The notes under the pieces are model-generated. The model did no database searches. It worked only from the letters and a program-made list of their open reading frames with translations, and had not been told where the DNA came from. Position numbers and translations under genes: made by a program. Below are positions 47,304-61,799 of a stretch of 64,000 nt of DNA, piece by piece. Positions within the stretch are counted from its first letter, which is position 1. Each line of letters opens with the position of its first letter. Origin of the DNA: Octopus sinensis. Taxonomy: Eukaryota. The stretch lies in assembly GCF_006345805.1 (NCBI RefSeq), contig NC_043005.1, positions 4,712,001-4,776,000 of the forward strand. Direction: 5' to 3'.

Positions 47304-50300
47304 CAAAGTTATGGAATCTAAAGGAGTGCAACACAATGCAAACGAAACATAAACATAGGTGCAAGCGTGGCTGTATGGTAAGGAATTTACTACTCAACCA
47401 CATGGTTCTGGGTTCAGTCCCACTGCAAGGCACTTTGGGCAAGTGTGTTCTACTGTAGCCTCCAGCTGTCAGTGGATTTGGTAAACTGTTTGGGGTTGGT
47501 TCGCTTACATCCCTATAACTTAGCAGTTCAGCAAAAAAGGAGTGACAGAATAAGTACCAAGCTTTAAAAAAAGTCCTGGGATCGATTCATCCAAGTAAGA
47601 AATTCTTCAAGGCAGTGCTCCATCATGGCTGCAGTCTAATGACTGAAGCAAGTAAAAGGTAAAAAAACATATATAAATGAAGGTACAGACATGACTATGT
47701 AGTAAGAAGTTCGCTTCCCAACCACATGGTTCCAGGTTCAGTCCCACTGTGTGGCACCTTGGGTTCGGTTGACAGAAACTGAAAGAAACCTGTCACGTGA
47801 ATATATATGTACCTGTCTGTGTGTTTGTATCTTCTTGATGTCATACGACACTTATAGATGTATGTTACCTTGCTTGGAAACAAGTGCAGGTTAGTGACAG
47901 GAAGGGCATCCAGCCAGAGGAACATCTGCTTCAGCAGAGTGTTGGAGCCAAGCAAGCAGGATAGAGTGGAATTGAAACCAGTGTGTGTATGATTAGCTAA
48001 TTGTATAGAGTACAACTTGGTAAAAAAATTGGGAAAGAAAGCAGCAGTAAGTCAATTAAAGAAAGACAGCCAGGAAGACTGGAAGTTTGTGTTTAACACA
48101 TGGAATTCAAGATGAAAAAGTGAACAGGGGAAAAGCCATAAAAAGGAAAAGGTGCATGGGCACATTAGGAACCGTACTGGTGAATTTCAGGAAGTATGGA
48201 ATTTCTGAAGAATGTCCCAACAGCTAATAACCGATGGGGGTAGTGCTTTCCATGCTCAAGAATCCTGAGTGTGAAAACACATTTCCAGAAGCCACGTGTG
48301 TTGCACTGTTCTTTGATTTTAGAAGCTTGTCCATAAATGGTGGAAGCACTGAATTCAAAAAGGTGGTCAAAGTTGTTTTTGGAAAGTGAGTGGATAATCT
48401 TGTGGTCTTCTATCAAGTCAGCTGCTTGATGTCAAAACTTTAGTGTGTCAATCATCATCATCATCATCGTTTAACGTCCGTTTTCCATGCTAGCATGGGT
48501 TGGACGGTTTGACTGAGGTCTGGGAAGCCAGAAGGCTGCACCAGGCCCCAATCTGATCTGGCAATGTTTCTACAGCTGGATGCCCTTCCTAATGCCAACA
48601 CTCCGAGAGTGTAGTGGGTGCTTTTTATGTGCCACAGGCACAGGAGCCAGTCAGGCAAGCGTGGCATTGATCACGTTCAGGTAGTGCTTTTTATGTGCCG
48701 CCAGCATGGGTACTGTCATCGGCCACATTCAGATGGTGCTTTTTATGTGCCGCCAGTCGGGGGTAGCGCCTTACCTGGTCTTCAACTAAACTCTTAAATG
48801 TTTTTCAACTAAGGATTGTTTTATTTTGCATCAACCTTGAAAAGCACGAAGCCAACGAATGATTTGTTGACAGGACAAATGAAAACATCACTGCTTGTGG
48901 CTCCTGATTTTTGAAGAAGCCAAATGAAAACAAGTCACACAAATATGTTATGTTCATACACAACAGACTTCTCAGTTTCTGACTACCAAATCTATTCCCA
49001 GGGCTTTGGTCAACCTGGGACAGTAGTAGAAGACAATGGTGCCATGGGACTGAACTTGAAACTACATGGTTGTGAAGCGAACCTCTTCACTGAACAACCA
49101 AACCTGGGTGCCTAAGATGGAGAAGCACTTTGCTCGCAGACACAACGGTTTTGTTTGTTTCATCAAGCTCTTTACTTAAAGCGAACCTAGGATGATGAGA
49201 TAACTCAGTAATGTAACGAGTGTTTCCTTACCTTAATGAGCTCAATTCAAATCACTCCTAATGAATGGGAGAGATTTGTTTTCCTTAGAAGTTCGGTATT
49301 GAAACAGAAACCTGCCCCATGACAAGTTGTATCAAGGCTTTGTGTGTCACACGGAACTCATGGAACCAGCATCCTCGTAATTTTAGGAGTTCACTTTTCC
49401 ATGCTTGCTTGGGGCAGACAGAGTTTATTAAAGTAAGTTCCTTACGGCCGGATATCATTCCTGTTGCAGATCCCTCATCTGTTTCTCCAAGCAAGGTCAT
49501 ATTTCCAAATGGCCAGGCATATTTTTGCAGAATGTTGAAAATGAACGACACTGTTTGTGTAACAGTGACACTCGTTTACAACTATCAGGCAATGTTAAGA
49601 CACAGGGCCAGGCTTCTTTCAGATTCTGTCTACCAAATCTGCTCATAAGGCTTTGATCAGCCGGGGCTACAGTAGAAGGCACTTGCCTATAGGACTGAAC
49701 TGAAAAAAGCATGTAGTTGGGAAGCCAAATCCTTCACCAAACAGCTCTGCCTGTAAATGGAGAGAGACAGAAGCACAAACGAAACATGAATAATCGTGAA
49801 AGTGTTGAAGGATTTTCTTTTGTAATGTCTGAAAAGAAAACAGGTTAAAATATTCAACACAGAAAGGCAAAACAAAAAACAAACAATAACAATGTAAAAG
49901 TAAGTTTGTCCATAAGAATTTATTTCAATATAAGACCAGTTGGTGAGATTTAATTATATTACTGATAGTTTTGTACGATTCTTAGAGAAATTCTAAAAGA
50001 AATCTCTTAGGAAACAAAGTTTGTAAATAACAAAGGGACATGGTAGGGGCAGCTGGAAAGTGACCCAGAGCCATCATCATCACCACAATCAATCATAATC
50101 ATTTGTGTTTTATGTACATAGGGTTGGTGCTGGCATTAGAAAACAACTGCCGAGCCGAACGTTAGCAACAACAGAAGCGCAATTAGCAGCAGATAACGAG
50201 AATCAAATAGAAAATTGTGTTGAAGTGTTTTGAGGTGAGCAAAGCTGGTTGGTGAACAATGAAATCTGTTTTATTCCAATTAACACAAAGAAATATAGCA

Positions 50301-50404
50301 AATATTTCCAATATAAAGGGACAGGATACAGCAGACAATTTATATTCTACATGGCATTTAATTAATATACTATTCTCTTGCTGTTTATAATATAAACTTT
50401 AAAA

Positions 50405-50959
50405 CTGGGGTTGGCAAAGTAGTTGATATTGGCCCCCAGGTGTGTATGCGGCTATCCATGGGGTCGATAAACACCTGAAATGATTTTGAGAATCGACCCT
50501 TTAGCTTTCAGATTATTCTGTCAAATGTAATCCTTATTTATTCACACTGTTTTGAATTAATCCTGCATTATCTTGTAGCTTCAAGATTTCAATGATGTGA
50601 TTGTTGTTAGAATCACATTGCAAGTAGGTGTGAGAGGCCAGATCTGGTCAGTTTGAACATAAAATGGGTAAAATATTTGGACCAAATTAAAAGCTAAAGG
50701 ATTAAGGGTATTGAATTATGAACAAATTGCATCTGGAAGGGTGTGGCTAATTTAAGGCTAAAACTCACTAATTTCCAATCAAATACCAATGTAATAACTA
50801 GTATTCACCGAACACATATTTCAATTATATCAATATATAATATCCCTGAATGTTTATTTTTTTATCAGTTTCATTAAATTTCTTTAAATTAATTTTTATT
50901 TTGTAAATTTACATTTAGGAGTGGATAACCTATCATTGATATAAGTTTGCCAACCCCTG
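50405..50959. mobile_element. hAT-type MITE with 8-bp TSD, containing a nested TTAA-type MITE
   Basis: TIRs CTGGGGTTGGCAAA / TTTGCCAACCCCTG; flanks ctttaaaa and cttgaaaa match at 7/8. The inner repeat at ~50490-50705 resembles 15210-15365. Confidence 0.7.
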
Positions 50960-53900
50960 CTTGAAAATACCCTCTTTCCATTTCATTAAATGTTATTTCT
51001 AAATCAGGAGTAGGCAACCCATTGGTCAGTGTGGAAATAGTGGGGTCGTGTGTTTATCTGACTTACAGACTTTTGCCCCTTATTCTAAATATTTCATTTG
51101 ACTTCACTGATGGATCATGAATGGTGTCTGGTTACATTGTCCCAAAGAATCATGGGAGGAAAGACTACCTCGTTAATATTCATTAGCTGCTCTAGTTATA
51201 TTGTATTATTAGATTTTCAGAGGATTTGTTCAGACTTGTAGGAGAAAGAGCATCACTGTGTTTTAACAAGGGATCCATTCTAAATATCTGTTCAAAGAAA
51301 AAAATATATATTCAAACGATTTGCAAGGAATATTTAGGATTAAGCATCTTTGAGTGGTGTTCCTTCAGATTTAGAGTTGGCCCTTTTGATGCCAAACTTC
51401 CATCAAAATTCCATATTAATCTATGATCAAAACTACATCTTAATAAGAACAGAATTAATTTACTAAATTCCTTGTTATCAAAATTAATTGAACCAAAAAA
51501 AAAAAAATGTTTTACAACAGAAATATAATAACAAAAGGGTTAAGAAGGGTAAAAGTTCAAAGGCATCCCAACTATGACCATCCAGTCATTTTTTATTTAA
51601 TCACAATAAATCCCAGACTAAATCATCCAATGATGGTAGGGTGTGATCGGACCCTTTTGGAACCAATCTTCCTGAGAGTGTCTCTGGTTCTTCTATGATA
51701 TTAATTTGCTGTTTTAAAGTAAACTACAATAAAATCTTCCTCCAAATTTCATGTTACGTTCCAAACACCAGTTTCATAATTTCAAAGTTAATTTACTAAA
51801 TTCTTCAGTATTTTCAAAATTAATTGTAACAAAGCAGTGTATTTCAACAGAGATATGGTGTCAAAGGAGTTAATAAACCTGCTAGGGAGATACTTCACAC
51901 ATTAGTAGGGATATCTCATGCAAGTTCTTTACGTCGCTTTCTATAACAGGATATCAGATGAATTGGGCATTCACATGTGCTACAATACTTGTTGGATAAC
52001 TTTTAAAATAGAATGAAAGCAAAAAAAAAAGTTTTTTAAAAAAGAAAAAAAAGTTTCCATGGCAATTGAGTACAAAACGAAGGCAGGGAGGTGCTGAGTG
52101 CTGAAATATTGAAGGTGTTTGGACACTAGGTTATTTCATTAACTACACCTAGATATCACTGGGACACATTTACCTGGACAGTATGGGGGTGCAAGAAGGG
52201 TGGCAAGTATCAGGCAACATTACAAGACCTGCCATAGTGGGAATTTTAGCAAGTTTAGTGGACAGGCAGGGAAAGAAGAAGGCGAATAACTGAAAGCCAG
52301 TTTCGAAAAGAAACAGAAATTTTTGGTCAGGAAAAAAGTGGAAATAACAAAAGAACCAGTTGCATTTCTCTTCTAATTGGTGGAGGTTTATCAAAGCCTG
52401 TCTATTGGCAGTGGTGGATGTTGATTGTCCTGAAAAGAAATCAGATTTCCATCTCTCTCAACCTTTCTAAAACAACACTGTCATGGTGAGGAGTTGAAGA
52501 AATGATAGCTGTTGAAATTCGTTTGTAGGAGGGTTGTAATAATTGAGTTTGATGGGGAACACAATGTTTTGGGCTGGGGTTTTTTTTTCTTTTTTTTTTT
52601 TTTTTTGGCTAGAGAAAAGTTAATTCTTCAAATTTTTGAAAAAAAAGGGTTTCTTCAATTCCTTTGAAGAATATAATTAGTGAAGCTGATATTTTTGAAG
52701 CTTTGTTGAAAAATGATGTCAAAAACAAAACCAGAAGTGTCAAAGTTAAATGGTTTCACAATTTATGGGGCGCCAGTGATAACAAGCAGGGTAAAAGGCA
52801 TCGTTGCATTGCTACAAGGACCAAAGCCTTGAAATCACTCAGAAACTAGTTTTAAGTCATTGCCAATTCTCAAGGAGTATTATGTGCTAAATCTTTGAAA
52901 TTAAAAAAAAAAATTAAAAACTTATGGCCATTGTTGTGAAGACTGTGAATGCAATCTTGTCTCATGAATTAAATTAGCTGTTCCAGTAACCATTGGGAGT
53001 TTAACAGAGAGTCAGTCTTGGAAAGAGAAGTCATATTATATGAAGAGATAGCAATGTTTTTTGAAGGCAAAAATGTGATTGCTTCCCCACTTTTTTTTTT
53101 TCTTCTGTGATCTCGGTTAGTTTGTAGCCTTAAGTATTGTGGACATCGATAATCATTTGAATGACTAGAATTTAGAACTTTACAGACAGAGAACATAACA
53201 AAAACAAAATCTGCTGATACAGTGATATTGTAACATTTGAAAGAAAGCTGCAGTTGTGAGAAGACTGGTTTCAAAAAGGAAATTGCACATTTTCCAGAAA
53301 AAACCCCCAAAAATCACAATATCCGGGCAATTTTGTGGATCGTCACTTAACATCCTTTTTCCCAGGCTGGCATGGGTTGGACGATTCGACACGAACTGAC
53401 ATCAACCAGCAAGGTCTGTTTCAGCATGGTTGCCATGGCTGGATACCCTTTCTGATACCAACCATTTTACAGTGTGTACAGGGTGGGTTTTTTTTTCATG
53501 GCACCAGCACTAGTAAACTCACTGTGATACTTGCAAAACCCCTCAACTATGGTGGGGGGGGGGGTGGCCTGAGAATTAGGGATACAAGTTCTCTCTCCTG
53601 ATTTTTGCTTGCTTTCCTGTGAATTCAAGTTTTCTACATCATTTGATGTTAATGTTGACATTGCATCAGATAATTACCATATGTAATTAATAACGATATA
53701 TTGAAATTAAAATTGCTTCCTGAATATGTCATTTGTGTGACTTGTATAGAAAATATATTCATCCAGGAGCGAAATATACTTAATTACTGACAAAGATAAC
53801 ATCTTTGTTTGGTAGCATTTTTATGTGAGGCCAGGTGCGGAGACCTGTGGCCATTGCAGCATGTCAATATATTCCCAGGTCCTCTTAAATAACCTGTTTA

Positions 53901-56900
53901 GCAGAGTCCCAGTCAGCTTCCATCTCACTTTTTATGCATGAAGAATTATTTTCAAAACATGAGACCCATCAAGAAATGTTTGGGAAAATTGATTGATAAC
54001 CTATGAGGGGACGTTTGTCTTGTTACTGGCATGGACAGGTCTGACGCTAAATATTTTGGGAATTTTCAAGCAACAAGTATCAAGTTTCGAATTTCTTGCA
54101 GATAATGAAAATAACAAGAGGTAGATTTACCCTTTTGAGAGAACAGAGATTTTTACTCTAGGAAAAAACAAAGCAGTTTTCTGAGAAATATTATTTTGTG
54201 TGTTTATTTATAAAGAAAAATAAATTAAATTAAAAGACGTGTGTAAGAAATGAGGCAACAATTAGTATTGAGTTAATGAGGTTTTAAGCTCATTACAGCT
54301 TTTTTGATGATCAACAGCTGAATGGTTGATGAAATTAACTCTGAGTAATTAATCTGCCAGTCAGATTTGTTTGGCTTATATTCTTGGCATTGGTTCAAAT
54401 CCTTTTGCAACCATATTTCTGTTGAATACATTGTTTTTGTTTCAGTTAGTTTTGAAAATTAGGAAGAATTTAGTAAATGACTGCCATTATTCAGCTGGTG
54501 TTTGGAACCTAAATCAACATGGAAATTTTGCTGGAAGATTTTAGTGTTGGTCACTTTAAAACAGGAAGTATCACAGGACCAGGGACAGTCTCAGACAGGT
54601 TGGGTATCAAGAGTTAAGCCGTAAGACTATACTCATTGCAATAGCCATGTGTATACATGCAGTTTTTATTATTTTTAACTTAGTAATTTCATAGTGTAAA
54701 CAAAACAGATGATATCTGTGCCCTGTTAGATGAGAGAATTCAAATGTTTTAACCTTAAAGATAGCAATCCACTCGAGACCATCTCTGCTTCTATGATACA
54801 AGCTTTGTTTTTAAGTGATGTGAATTAAAACTCTCCATCAAAATTTCATGTTAATTTATGTTTCAAACACCAAGTTATTTTCATTAAATTCCTCAATATT
54901 TTCAAAATTAATTGAATGAAGGATAATCTGTTTCAACAGTAATACGGAAGCAAAATGGTTAAGCAGGTTACTTTTTGATGTATTGGGTGATTTCATATGT
55001 AAAATTCTTTGAATAACTTACAAATAATGTTTTAATTTCACAAAAATCTCTTCACCATTTTGTGGTTTTTATTTTGGTTTTAAATTCAAATCCTGATCTA
55101 AAAATTTGTTTCAAATAATTACAAAGCCCACTCCTGATTAAAGAAAGAAATATTCCAGTGTTAACTCGGTAGCAAGAATCCGGCTGACCAAGTCCATAAT
55201 TCACAGACTTATCATGTGGTGCCGTGTCCATTATGATAAAGATAATTTTAAACAGACCGGCACAAATAGCTGAGGGAGAATATACTGGATGCTGCGGAGG
55301 AGAAGAACAATTTACCAATGAACGCAACGGAAATACTGCATAACAAACAAGCCTTTTGTTATTAAGAGAAGCTGGTACAATCCTCAGCACAGCAGGCAAA
55401 AAGCTTAGCAAGCCCCAGTTGAACACTTGGCTCAATGTAATCAATTTATTCCATCCCTCGAAATTGCTGGCCTTGTGCCAAAATTTGAAACCATTTATTA
55501 AGGTGACACACAAAATGCTTAGCAGTATTTCTTCCACCTCTTTGTGTTCTGACTTCAAATATTGGCTGCTGTCAACTTTTCATCCTTCCGAGAGTTGATA
55601 AAAATAGTTCTGTTTAAACACCGGGATGAATATAATCAACTAACCCCTTTTCCCTAAAGTTACAAGCCTCCTGCTAAAATTTGAAATTATGAGAGCATCA
55701 GAAAATAAAATACCTTGTGTTATTTCTTCAGGTATTTTGAGGTGAATTCCCACATAGCGTCAATACTGCTTTCATCATTTTGAGGATGATAAAATAAGGG
55801 ACCAGTCAAGTACTGGGGGTTGATTGACCACTCCCCACCATTATTTTACAGAACTAAGTACAAGTTCCCTTGAAAGAGATTTGGGTTTTCACTACACTGA
55901 CTTAACTTAAAAGAAGAGTTTTCAAGAGAAAACAGACCAGCAAGGTTTAGGAGAGATGCAACCCCAAAACAAGAAAGGAACAGCTGCAGGGATTCTTTGT
56001 TTTACCAAAGACAATAAATTAAGAAGCAGATACGAAATATTAAAACTTGAAAGAAATGGATTCTTACTATTCTATCATTTATCTTTTGTTCCAACCATTA
56101 CGCTGGAGCACTGCCTTTAAGAATTTTTAGTCAAATGAATCCACCCCAGTATGAATATTTTTCTTTTTTAAACTTGGTACTTCTCTCTAAATTATGGGGG
56201 TAATAAGCACTGGTTGTCAAGCGGTGGTAGGGGACAAACACAAACACACACACACATATATACCAAATCCACTCACAAGGCTTCAGCTGTTGATGCTACA
56301 GTAGAAGCCACTTGCCCAAGGTGCCACACAGTGAGACTGAACCTGCAACCATGTAGCTGGAAAGCAAGCGTCTTACCACGCAGCCATGTCTGCTGCACCT
56401 TGTTTTGTGCGTTAATAGACATAAAAAAGAAGAAAAAAAATTACGAAATTAGGTAACAAGCAATATTGAATTTAAGGGTCATGCTTTTTATGGCTTTAAA
56501 CCTTTTCTGATAACAACCCACCTGAAACCATCTTTGGTTCTATGATGCGAAACTAGTTTTAAACTAACCTAAATTAAAAAGCATCCATCAAAATTCCGCA
56601 TTAATTTCTTTTCCAAAAACCAATTTAATAATGACAAAATTAATTTGCTAAATTCTTTGTTATCTTGAAAATCAATTCAAATAATGGCAGAATGTTTCAA
56701 CAGAAATATAACGAAAGGGGTTAATGACAGAGAATGTATATTTTGCAATTTATTAAGTGACTCACTGGAAACTAAAGTAGCTCTATGGAGAGTGTGTGTG
56801 ATTCTGAGGATCCAAGGATCACAGGTTCAAACTAAGCTCAGGCAGGTTGAGGCAGTTCTGTGGAGTTCCTGAAATTTATTGTTTGACTTAATGTATTATG

Positions 56901-59900
56901 AATAAAGAAAATATGAATTTAAGATTAATTATATATTTGCAGTAAATAGAGGCATGGCTGTGTGATTAAGAAGTTTGTTTAGCAAACACAGTTTCAGGCA
57001 CCAATGTGAGCCATCCAATGTATTTAAGAGAATTTAGTAAATAAAAACTGTATGGAAGCTTGGGTGTGTGTACGTGCGTCTTTGTGGTACTTTTTTATTA
57101 ACCCTGGAGGGATGAAAAACAAAGTTGCCTTCAGCAGGATTTGAAACCAAAACATAAAGAGCCACAAGAAACGCTGCTGAGCATTTTGCCCAATGTTCTA
57201 ACGATTCCAGCACATTTGTCGAGTACATTTATATCAGCTGTAAACTGAAATAATTAAAATGTGATACAATTAGTAAGAAAGGAGGTGGGGAGAGTCATAA
57301 TCCCAACAGATCTTTGCTCAATTCGTTTAAACTACCATTAATTACATCTTACATAATTAATACACACCAAATACATGTTAAAAACTAAAGTCATTATTTG
57401 CAATTGTCTCAATTGAAATTAATAGGAAATTATTAAAAAAACATTGAAATTAAGAACATCTTTACAAATTACACATTTTATTTGGAGGAGAATTAAAAAA
57501 AAAAAAAAAGGTAAAAATTCAAACCATGTTCTCTCAACATTTAACACTAAAGTTCTATTAGGATTCCAAAAGGCATTTGTTGCCAAGCACTTTCAACTGA
57601 CTGCTTTGTTGTAGGGTGTTATCTAGCAACATTTCACCAACTTAACTGCTTTACTTCAACCACCATCTGCAAGCATGTAAGATAGACATTCTTTCATTGA
57701 AAGAAAATTTGGGGTTTTTTATTATTTTGATATCAAATGAGTTTTATTTATTTTTTAAATCTTATCTTTACATATCAAAATTTTTCAAGAGGGGGTAAAA
57801 AAAATTCTGCCAATAATTGGGCTGATAGATTGCATTGAAAAAATTCAAGCTGTAATACAAATATTATGGTTGTTAGAAAAGGACTAAGTCCTTCCCCTTG
57901 TGTAGAAATGGTACCAAACAACTGCAGACAATAGAGATTGTTAATGGGAGAGCACAAGTCACATAGAATTCCTGTATGGTGTGGTAGAAACAAGTTTGTA
58001 CGGCTGTAAACTATGCAAGATATATACTTGATAGCTTTAAGCTATACCAGATATATATTTGTCTAGCTGTAAGCAACAGAACATTTAAAAACTAAAGCAG
58101 AGAATTAATTACTTTGCAAATAACTAAACAAATGCATTCATCGTCACCATCGTTTGTTTTCCATGCAGACATGGGCTGGACAGTTTGATATGGAGCTGGC
58201 CAGCTGGGAGTTGTCTATTGTGGCACAGTTTCTAACGGCTGGACACCCTTCCTAAGGCCAACCACTTAACAGTGTGCTGGGTCCTTTTTACATACCCCTG
58301 TCAAGGGTAGTTATGCAGCAATCAGCACGGGGATTTTTAGGTGAAACCAGCCCAGATGTGTGGAAGACACCGGTTTTACTTAGCTTGACACACAGGATTA
58401 TCCTTTCAGGTGCTGCATAAGTATATATATACATATACACACACATATATATATAATGTGGCTGGTACAAAGTTCCAGCTAAGCTGAGGATGACACGGTG
58501 GTGGAACGAGGTAGACAGTGCTATAAAAGCAAAGAGACTCCTTATATATATACACATGCACACGTGTATACATATATATACAAGTATAGATATATACATA
58601 TATGTATGGTGATACAAACAGGCTAAATAGAACTCAAAATATGAGTATATATGTTTTTGTTAATATTTAGCAGAAATAAAGTGAGCAGGCAATGTGATGG
58701 ATGACAACTGCAGAGGATAGTAAATTGCAGCAAACATTTGCAGAAAATGCACAAACAGTTCGGTAAGTTCACTGTCCTGGGTAACCATAGTAATGCCTTT
58801 AATTTGAAAATAAATGAAGGCCAAGAGTTGTGAACCTCCTTTGAAGAAAAACAAATAATAATAATAATAATAATGTCCTTATGTGATGTGACAAAATATT
58901 GGAAGAAAAAAAATTGTCAGTTTGCAATAAATATTTATTTCAGTTCTTTTTGGGTGAAATCTACCACAAACAGAAATTATTTAACACCATGGGGCTCAGG
59001 CAGGGGTGGGGGATATTAGCCAGAGAATATACATACAATAATGTATATAATATCCTTCTATGCAGAATCTGTTGGAATTATTTAAAAAGCAAAGAAAAAA
59101 AAAAGAAAAAAAGTAGCAATCACCACGGAATAATTTTTTGTGCAGGTTTTATTATTTTCAGTAAGTTTAATTAATTTGAGACTTTATATATACATACACA
59201 CACACACATATATATATATAAAGTAGAGAGGGAGAGAGAGAGAGAGAGAGAGGTAAGGCTGAAAGGTTGATGTGGTCCATAAACCATCAGATTGTATATC
59301 AAACAGGTTGAGTAGGCAATGTGATGCTAGATGAGAGAAGCTTAAAGTAGCCGAGATTTTTGTTGTAATAATAACTCTATTATTGAAATATCATATTGGT
59401 AAATAATGTTGCAGGATGGCATGGATGAAAGAGTGAAAGAGTTTCCTCTACAGGGGGGACCTCATATGAGTTGTCTCACTGAGCACACAGCTAACGACAC
59501 GTTCCCCTCTCACATGGCTGCAACTATCGCTTCTTTTAGTTGCTAACTTCATGGTACTCACAACAAAACTATTTGGTTGCAGTCCTCCGGTTCTTCATTG
59601 TTTTACTAAAATTTTCTTCTTCTTGCATTTCTCTTCGAAAATTGCTAAGTTTTTCTGAAATCAAACACAATATTCTGTTAGCAGAATCAATGTACATTTA
59701 AAAAGAGAAATTAAGTCTTTTTCCCACCCCTTTCTCTCACAATGTCTCTCCCATCATAGTCTTGCTACCTTTACCCACCCACCCACCCATTCTGGTTCTC
59801 TGCTCTTATTACTCACTCTCCCATTCACCTCCTCAGTCACATTGCTTTAATACCATAATATAATGCATCCAGTACTTTCTGTAAAGTGGTTAGCAAATGG

Positions 59901-60099
59901 GCTGAAGATGTGTACAGTGATGCAGTCCCTTCAATCTTTATCTTGTCAAGGACATTACAACCTCTCTAGCGCTGGTGGCATGGTGCATTTACATTCACCA
60001 TTTAACTTCCGTGGAATTTGTTGAGACAGATTTTCTACAGTTAGATGCTCTCCCTGTTGCCAACCCTCACCCACTTCCAGTGACAATTTTCCTATTCCG

Positions 60100-60270
60100 C
60101 AGTGGTAGGCCCCTCATCTGGTATTGCACATGCTGCAGCAACCTGGTGTGCTCAGCTGCCAGCCCCGTCTTCACTGCTTGTCAAACCAAGAAAGAAAAGC
60201 TGTCAAAGTATCAGCTACTCCCTGACAGATTTGTGACTGAGCCTGTAGCAATGGGGACCCCCAACTTTCT
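60100..60270 (+). mobile_element. Second REL-type non-LTR remnant
   Basis: GRPLIWYCTC...KKEKLSKYQLLPDRFVTEPVAMGT within ORF 59975-60313. Confidence 0.45.
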
Positions 60271-61736
60271 TGTGTCTCACCTCACCCCCACCCAACTACA
60301 TCTCTGCTATTGAGGCAGAGACAGCTATTCACATGCATGAGGCCTGTGAGTTGGAGTGGCCATTCCAGTGCATTACCCCTGTCAACCTCTGGAGCAACAC
60401 ACTTTCCATTTTGTCTGCTGGGACAAAACCCATGCGTCTCATAAATGTAATGTCTATCAGGACAAATTTTGGAAATCATTTATACCTTGTGGTGCTTCCA
60501 GGACTAAAGTGAATAGAAGTAGAGTATTTTCCCATGACCATACATGCTTTAATAGAAGCTTTGAAGCAAAGGGTACCATTTGTATAACAATAGTGATGCT
60601 GGTTTACAACAATTGTGAAGTACCAAGCCACGGAGAATGAGTTCCCTGTTTGCATCTGCCAAATCTACTCACAAGGTTTTTTTTTGGTTGGCCCAGTTAC
60701 ATAGACAAAGCTACTTCGTGCCACAGAGGGACTGAACCAACTACCAAGTGGCTGAGAAGCAAATCTAACCACACAGCCAGGTTTATATATGAAACATGGG
60801 TGTTAAATGGTTGTATGTTTCTTGTGTTTTGATTCAGTCCATTTATTTCTTTACTACCCACAAGGGGCTAAACACAGAGGGGACAAACAAGGACAGACAA
60901 AGGGATTAAGTCGACAACATCGACTCCAGTGCGTAACTGGTACTTTTTTAATCGACCCCGAAAGGATGAAAGGCAAAGTCGACCTCGGCGGAATTTGAAC
61001 TCGGAACGTAACGACAGACGAAATACGGCTACGAATTTCGCCCGGTGTGCTAACGTTTCTACCAGCTCGCAGTCCATTAGATTGCAGTTGCGCTGGGGCA
61101 CCACCTCGAACTTTTGAGACAAATGAATTGACACCAAATCTTTGTTTTTTTTTTTTAAATCCAGTACTTATTCTATTGGTCTCTTTTGCTGAAGTGTTAA
61201 GTTAGGGATGTAAACATGCCAACACCAATTGTCAAGCAGCTGTGGTGGACGACAAACAGAAACAAAGACAGGCATGACAGGCTTCCTTCAGTTTCCATAT
61301 ACCAAATCCACTCACAAGGCTTCGGTTAGCCCAAGGCAATAGAAGACACTTGCCCAAGGCGCCACACTGTGGGACTGAACCCAGAATCACGAGACTGAGA
61401 AGCAAGGATTCTTTCAGTTTCCATCTAGCAAATCCACTCAAATGGCTTTGGTCAGCTGAGGGCCGCAACTTCATAAATCACTTCAACAGTAAATGAATTT
61501 CTGAACATATTTAAGCATTCAGACAATGACTCTCCCAGCAAATACTCAAGAGATATTAAGGAGTTGATGATACAAAAGTGAACTGGAAGAATTCGCCAGG
61601 ACATGAACCAGAAAAATAAACAACTACTTTTGTTGAGGTTCATGCCTTCCTTTAATTTGAAGACCCATAATCAATTTGTGGATATTCTCAACAAAGACAT
61701 TGAAATCTTCTTTTGTAGAAATTGAAAGAAACTTAC

Positions 61737-61799
61737 CATGAAAGGATTTTAGTTTACTGAGTTGTTTAATGAGAAGAGCATCCAGTGATTTTGTGTATT
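61737..61799 (-). other. Candidate exon of an unidentified third gene
   Basis: A long pyrimidine tract ttttttttctctctctcctcctttcag precedes 63 nt and a gtaagt donor. Only the phase-1 frame is open (EYTKSLDALLIKQLSKLKSFH). No recognisable homology. Confidence 0.4.

Noticed and set aside
49232-49257. 26-nt minus-strand exon-like segment with a strong AAG|gtaagg donor
   Set aside because: It has stops in all three frames and no supporting partner exon.
55052-55558. 168-aa minus-strand ORF
   Set aside because: No recognisable motif, no convincing splice context, and it lies among MITE fragments; treated as a chance ORF pending BLAST.
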